Source of the DNA: Raphidiopsis brookii D9
GTDB taxonomy: Bacteria > Cyanobacteriota > Cyanobacteriia > Cyanobacteriales > Nostocaceae
Assembly: GCA_000175855.1 (NCBI GenBank)
Contig: ACYB01000020.1
Coordinates: 30,001 to 62,000, forward strand
Direction of reading: 5' to 3'
Length of the DNA stretch: 32,000 nt
The notes under the pieces are model-generated. The model saw only the letters and a list, made by a program, of their open reading frames with translations. It did not search any database and was not told the origin of the DNA. The translations under genes were made by a program, and so were the position numbers. Each line of letters begins with the position of its first letter. The stretch's first letter is position 1. Of the stretch, positions 27,971 through 32,000 are shown piece after piece.

Positions 27971-28961
27971 TTAAATATCTACCCCCAAACCTTCCACAAT
28001 GCTGCGAGTATTTGCATCCATCATTTTTTGATAGGTTTCTCCATCACTACCCGGTTCACCCAATCCATCAATATAGAGTAGTCGAGGAAAAATTTTCACT
28101 TTTGTTTTTTTTAGCAATTGGCGCAAGTAACATCAAATTAACTGCTCTATCAGCAAAAATTGTTGGTGCTTGGGTCGTTTTAATATATTCAGCTAGACTC
28201 TTGGCTTTTTTAGATGTTAATTTATCTTCATTACTGATATCTGGTAAAGTTCCTTTATAATCTAACCCATAAGCCTTGACATAATAAATCATCGCCCTAT
28301 GGGTGGTCAGCAATTTCCGGTTTTTATCAGGAATAGTGGAAAGAGTAGATTTAATCCACTGGTTTAATTTCTTTAATTCTTCAGTTAGTTGGCGAGTATT
28401 ACTATTATATTTCTGTCGATTTTCGGCTGACAGTTTGCCTAATTGAAAATTCACTACTTCTACCATTTTGATGGCATTCCTCACATCGTGCCAAATATGT
28501 GGTTCGTTAATAATTTTGCCATTTTGCTGCAGTTTTTGTGGTTGTTTAACAGCACGTTGACCAACTGATATTTTGGCTATGTTTTTTCGACTATTTTTAA
28601 ATGACTTAATTAGTCTGGGTTCAAAATTATAACCGTGATATAAAATCAGATCTGCTTGTTTAATGGCCTTGATATCTCCTAGTGTTGGCTGATATCTAGG
28701 AGGTTCCTTACCGGGAGGAACTAAACAAATTAGATTAATACTTTCTCTGGCTATTTGGTTAGTAATATCGCAGAGTATGGTTGTAGTTACCACAACTTGG
28801 GGTAAATTTTGACTAATCTTTTGATTCTGCTGACCTGGCTGATCTTGAGTATAGTTATTATTTGGAGTCCTATGATTACAACCTAAAATTGCTAGTATTA
28901 TTGGTAGGCCAATTGGTAAACAAATATTACAGAAATTACACTTTAACAACCTATTCATCAC
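27971..28961 (-). pseudogene. Metal (Zn/Mn) ABC transporter substrate-binding protein, interrupted by a 1-nt frame change at an A8 run
   Basis: ORF 28068..28961 has VVTTTILCDITNQIARESINLICLVPPGKEPPRYQPTLGDIKAIKQADLILYHGYNFE and HRAMIYYVKAYGLDYKG. It then runs out of frame at GCT AAAAAAAA C (28105-28112); removing one A yields ...APIAKKTKVKIFPRLLYIDGLGEPGSDGETYQKMMDANTRSIVEGLGVDI, stopping at 27971. Span 991 nt = 3x330+1. Confidence 0.85.
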
Positions 28962-28981
28962 AATTATTCTAGCCTATAACT

Positions 28982-30055
28982 TCATAACTGGGAATTATTA
29001 GATGACCATATAATTAATTCGCCCTGATCTCCACCCGCTGCCAAAAATTTACCTTGAGGTTGCCAAGCTAGGGTAGAAAAACCTTCAGTCACACCTGACA
29101 GAATTTCCCATACTTGAAAATTTTCATCCCATAAACACAACCAACCATCAGCACCAGCGGAAGCAAGTATTAACTCATTATTTGGTAACCTATAATTTAA
29201 GGAATGGGGTGGGTGGGCAATTGCAGTTATAATATCGAAGTGATTAGTCAAAATTGTTGACTCCCAACCTACAGACTCATCAACAGATTTATGCCACATT
29301 ACTACACCTTCCACACTGGAACAAGCTAAGATGGGATCCCCTGTATCACTTGTTCTATTAGACCAAGCTAATTGACGAATTTTGCCAGGAAAACCACGCA
29401 TTAGCCAGGGATCGGGATTTTCCCACTCTAATACTGTGATACTAGGATCCATATTTGCTGAAGCTAAGTATTTACCGTCATTAGACCATACCACACCCGT
29501 ACTAGCTGTATCTGTGGACAGTATATAAGGTTCCTCATCCCAATTTTCCCTATTCCAAACCTTGACTCCTTTATAACCGCTAATAGCCAAGTACTTTCCA
29601 TCCTGACGCCAATCAATTCCTAAAATTGATGAGTTTTCAAAGTTGAGGGTGACCACCAGTTCCCGCGCATCCACATCCCACACTTGAACATAACGACCTA
29701 AACTAAACGCTAAAAGATTATTGGTATGGTTCCAGGCCAACTTATCAATCCAAGCTGGAGCGTTTGCTAGGGTTTGAATTAACTCTTTTTCCCTCCAGAT
29801 TTTTACGTTTCCATCCTGACCACCCACAGCCAAATACTGGTCATCAGCTGAGAAACCTCCACAGTCTAGGGATTTACCTGTGGAAGTTTGGAGATTGGTA
29901 ATTGTTTGGTTTTCCCAAATGATTACCTCTCCTGATGCGGAGGTAACGGCCAGCTTGTGACCAGATTTAGACCAGTTTAAGGATGTTACATATTCTGTTA
30001 GCTTTTCTGAATAATGGGTGGTGAATTTTTGCGGTTTGTTAGTGGTGAAGTTCAT
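28982..30055 (-). CDS. WD40 repeat protein, middle gene of putative metal-homeostasis operon
   Basis: Repeats such as LAVTSASGEVIIWEN, LAVGGQDGNVKIWRE, LAISGYKGVKVWN, LASANMDPSITVLEW, ILASAGADGWLCLWDE, FLAAGGDQGELIIWSS. Confidence 0.88.
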   Translation of the reverse strand: MNFTTNKPQKFTTHYSEKLTEYVTSLNWSKSGHKLAVTSASGEVIIWENQTITNLQTSTGKSLDCGGFSADDQYLAVGGQDGNVKIWREKELIQTLANAPAWIDKLAWNHTNNLLAFSLGRYVQVWDVDARELVVTLNFENSSILGIDWRQDGKYLAISGYKGVKVWNRENWDEEPYILSTDTASTGVVWSNDGKYLASANMDPSITVLEWENPDPWLMRGFPGKIRQLAWSNRTSDTGDPILACSSVEGVVMWHKSVDESVGWESTILTNHFDIITAIAHPPHSLNYRLPNNELILASAGADGWLCLWDENFQVWEILSGVTEGFSTLAWQPQGKFLAAGGDQGELIIWSSNNSQL

Positions 30056-30101
30056 ATATGGGAATTGGGAATATCAATTCTGTCGACGATGTTGTAGGCG
30101 A

Positions 30102-31073
30102 TTATAGCATACAGGATAAAAAATCTTGTTTTAATTTTGTCCCATCTAGGTTCCTTCCGATAAAAACTAGTTCATTTTTTCTAGGTTCACTATATTTCCA
30201 GGGTCTATCTGGTCTACCATCAAATATCATGTGTACCCCCTGAAAGACAAAACGCTCTTCTTCACCAGCAATATTCAAAATGCCCTTCATGCGAAAAATA
30301 TCTTGCCCTTGATTGCGCAATAATTGCCCTAACCAAACATTTAATTTCTCCCCATCTAAGGCACCTGATTCTACTAAAGCTACTGAACCTATGCTATTAT
30401 CATGTTCATGGGTATCTTCACCTAAAAAATTGGGATTTATTTCCAATGCTCTGGCTAAATCAAAGGCTCTCACATCTAATAAGGCATCCATGGATAGTTG
30501 GGAATTTTGGGTATGGTAAATTTTAGCCATGGCGTTCATGGCACGAATTCGCTTTTCTAATTCTTCCAAAGTTTCTGAGGAAACTAAATCGGTTTTATTC
30601 AACAAAATCACATCGGCAAAGGCTATTTGCTCCTGAGCTTCATCCGCTTCCCAGTGTTGCCAAATGTGTTTGGCATCTACAACTGTTACTACCGCATCTA
30701 ATGATAGTTGATTTTGCATGTCCTCATCCACAAAAAAGGTCTGAATTACAGGCGCAGGATCTGCTAATCCGGTGGTTTCAATCACTAAATGGTCGAACTT
30801 ATCCCGCCGTTTCATTAAATTACCAATGATCCGAATTAAATCCCCACGCACTGTACAGCAAATACAACCGTTGTTCATTTCAAAAATTTCTTCTTCCGCA
30901 TCAATCACTAGTTGATTATCAATGCCCACTTCCCCAAATTCATTAATGATTACAGCTACTTTCTTACCGTGCTCGTAGGTGAGAATGTGATTCAGTAAGG
31001 TGGTTTTTCCTGCCCCTAAATACCCTGTTAAAACGGTTACAGGTATGGTAGTCGAGATTTCTGAAGCTATCAT
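30102..31073 (-). CDS. COG0523 / CobW-family GTPase (putative zinc metallochaperone)
   Basis: Walker A TGYLGAGKTTLLN, CxCC motif GCICCTVRGDL, ETTGLADPAPV, LLNKTDLV, C-terminal FVFQGVHMIFDGRPDRPW. Confidence 0.93.
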   Translation of the reverse strand: MIASEISTTIPVTVLTGYLGAGKTTLLNHILTYEHGKKVAVIINEFGEVGIDNQLVIDAEEEIFEMNNGCICCTVRGDLIRIIGNLMKRRDKFDHLVIETTGLADPAPVIQTFFVDEDMQNQLSLDAVVTVVDAKHIWQHWEADEAQEQIAFADVILLNKTDLVSSETLEELEKRIRAMNAMAKIYHTQNSQLSMDALLDVRAFDLARALEINPNFLGEDTHEHDNSIGSVALVESGALDGEKLNVWLGQLLRNQGQDIFRMKGILNIAGEEERFVFQGVHMIFDGRPDRPWKYSEPRKNELVFIGRNLDGTKLKQDFLSCML

Positions 31074-31094
31074 AATTTATCCACTTATCCCCAG

Positions 31095-31113
31095 TTTTTG
31101 ATAATCATTCTTT
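31095..31113 (-). promoter_or_regulatory. Candidate Zur/Fur-like operator upstream of the COG0523 gene
   Basis: TGATAAT-C-ATTCTTT starting at 31099, with a strong left half and partial right half of a 7-1-7 inverted repeat (TGATAATNATTATCA-type), about 26 nt from the start codon. Confidence 0.4.
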
Positions 31114-31359
31114 TTTTAACATAACTTTTGGCAGTTGCAATACCTTATTTTCTGGAAGGAATCACAGATTTGTTTGAAGTTTTGTAAAGTTTAGCAACAA
31201 TTTGGTCATAGTTGTTGCAGGAGTTGAGATGAAGGTGGTATGGTAGGCGAATTGTATGTTAAATGTTAAAGAAATATCTAGAACTAAATAATCCTCCTAA
31301 AACTAAGTCTTGTACTAATTTTCGTAAAATCTCGGATACCAAGTAGTTGGTCAGTTCCT

Positions 31360-32000
31360 ATGTCTTATCCGTTATACGTCGCTTTTATCTGGCATCAACA
31401 TCAACCACTGTATAAGTCACCCGCTAATAACCACTATCGTTTGCCCTGGGTGAGGTTACATGGCACAAAGGACTATCTAGATTTAATCCTATTACTGGAA
31501 AATACCCCAAATTGCACCAAACAGTAAATTTGGTCCCGTCTCTAATTCTCCAGTTGGAAGATTATATCAAGGGTAATGCTTTTGACCCCTATCTGACGGC
31601 CAGTTTGACCCCTGTGGAAAAATTGACTATAGAACAGAAAGAATTCATTATCCAACACTTTTTTGACGCTAATCACCACACTTTGATTGACCCCCATCCC
31701 CGTTACGGACAGTTATACCACCAAAGACAGGAAAAAGGACAGGAATGGTGTTTGTCAAATTGGCAATCGGTGGATTACGGCGATTTGTTGGCTTGGCATA
31801 ATTTGGCTTGGATTGATCCCCTATTTTGGGATGACCCGGAAATTTCAGCTTGGTTAAAACAGGGCCGGGATTTTACTTTGGGCGATCGCCAAAGGATCTA
31901 TTCTAAACAGAGACAAATACTAAGTCGCATTATTCCTCAACATCGGAAAATGCAGGAGAGCGGACAGTTGGAGGTGACTACAACTCCTTATACCCATCCC
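31360..32000 (+). pseudogene. Glycoside hydrolase family 57 protein, 5' part with apparent 1-nt deletion; runs off the window
   Basis: Frame 1 gives MSYPLYVAFIWHQHQPLYKSPANNHYRLPWVRLHGTKDYLDLILLLENTPNCTKQ-stop (31360-31527). From 31503 another frame gives YPKLHQTVNLVPSLILQLEDYIKGNAFDPYLTASLTPVEKL...QHRKMQESGQLEVTTTPYTHP open to 32000. One extra A at 31499-31502 would join them. Confidence 0.85.

Noticed and set aside
27878-28260. Plus-strand ORFs 27878..28081 and 28012..28260 opposite the SBP gene end
   Set aside because: Antisense to the SBP C-terminal coding sequence, which shows conserved motifs in the minus frames.

Overview
This 32 kb window looks like ordinary chromosome from a filamentous or heterocystous-type cyanobacterium (AT-rich, 10 HIP1 GCGATCGC sites, CruF/CruG, PxcA, arogenate dehydrogenase, many housekeeping genes). 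In order it contains: partial sfsA (-), a Ser/Thr kinase with WD40 repeats (-), a 2TM-domain-like protein (-), tyrA (-), tRNA-Val(GAC) (+), a pentapeptide-repeat protein (-), an SH3b-NlpC/P60 peptidase (+), a membrane GT2 (+), a secreted 5'-nucleotidase-like metallophosphatase (-), a small membrane protein (-), a truncated choice-of-anchor-I-like gene (+), a polysaccharide deacetylase/phosphodiester glycosidase fusion (+), a TPR protein (+), a zinc-ribbon membrane protein (+), a DPBB/MltA-like secreted protein (-), pxcA (-), rplU-rpmA (+), a membrane protein (-), the myxol-glycoside carotenoid pair cruF-cruG (+), rnhA with a C-terminal extension (-), a PNPOx-like protein (-), an ACC deaminase/D-cysteine desulfhydrase (+), ridA (+), galE (-), an ABC exporter (+), a small conserved-looking ORF (-), a metal-homeostasis operon COG0523 GTPase/WD40/metal-binding SBP (-), and a GH57 gene at the right edge (+). 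The most notable signals are two single-nucleotide frame breaks next to A-runs (the metal SBP and GH57), a WD40 gene inside the putative zinc operon with a Zur-like box upstream, a G-rich 14-bp tandem repeat plus long hairpin after rpmA, and a truncated choice-of-anchor fragment opposite a nucleotidase. I found no CRISPR array, complete transposon, defence island or convincing new multi-gene system.
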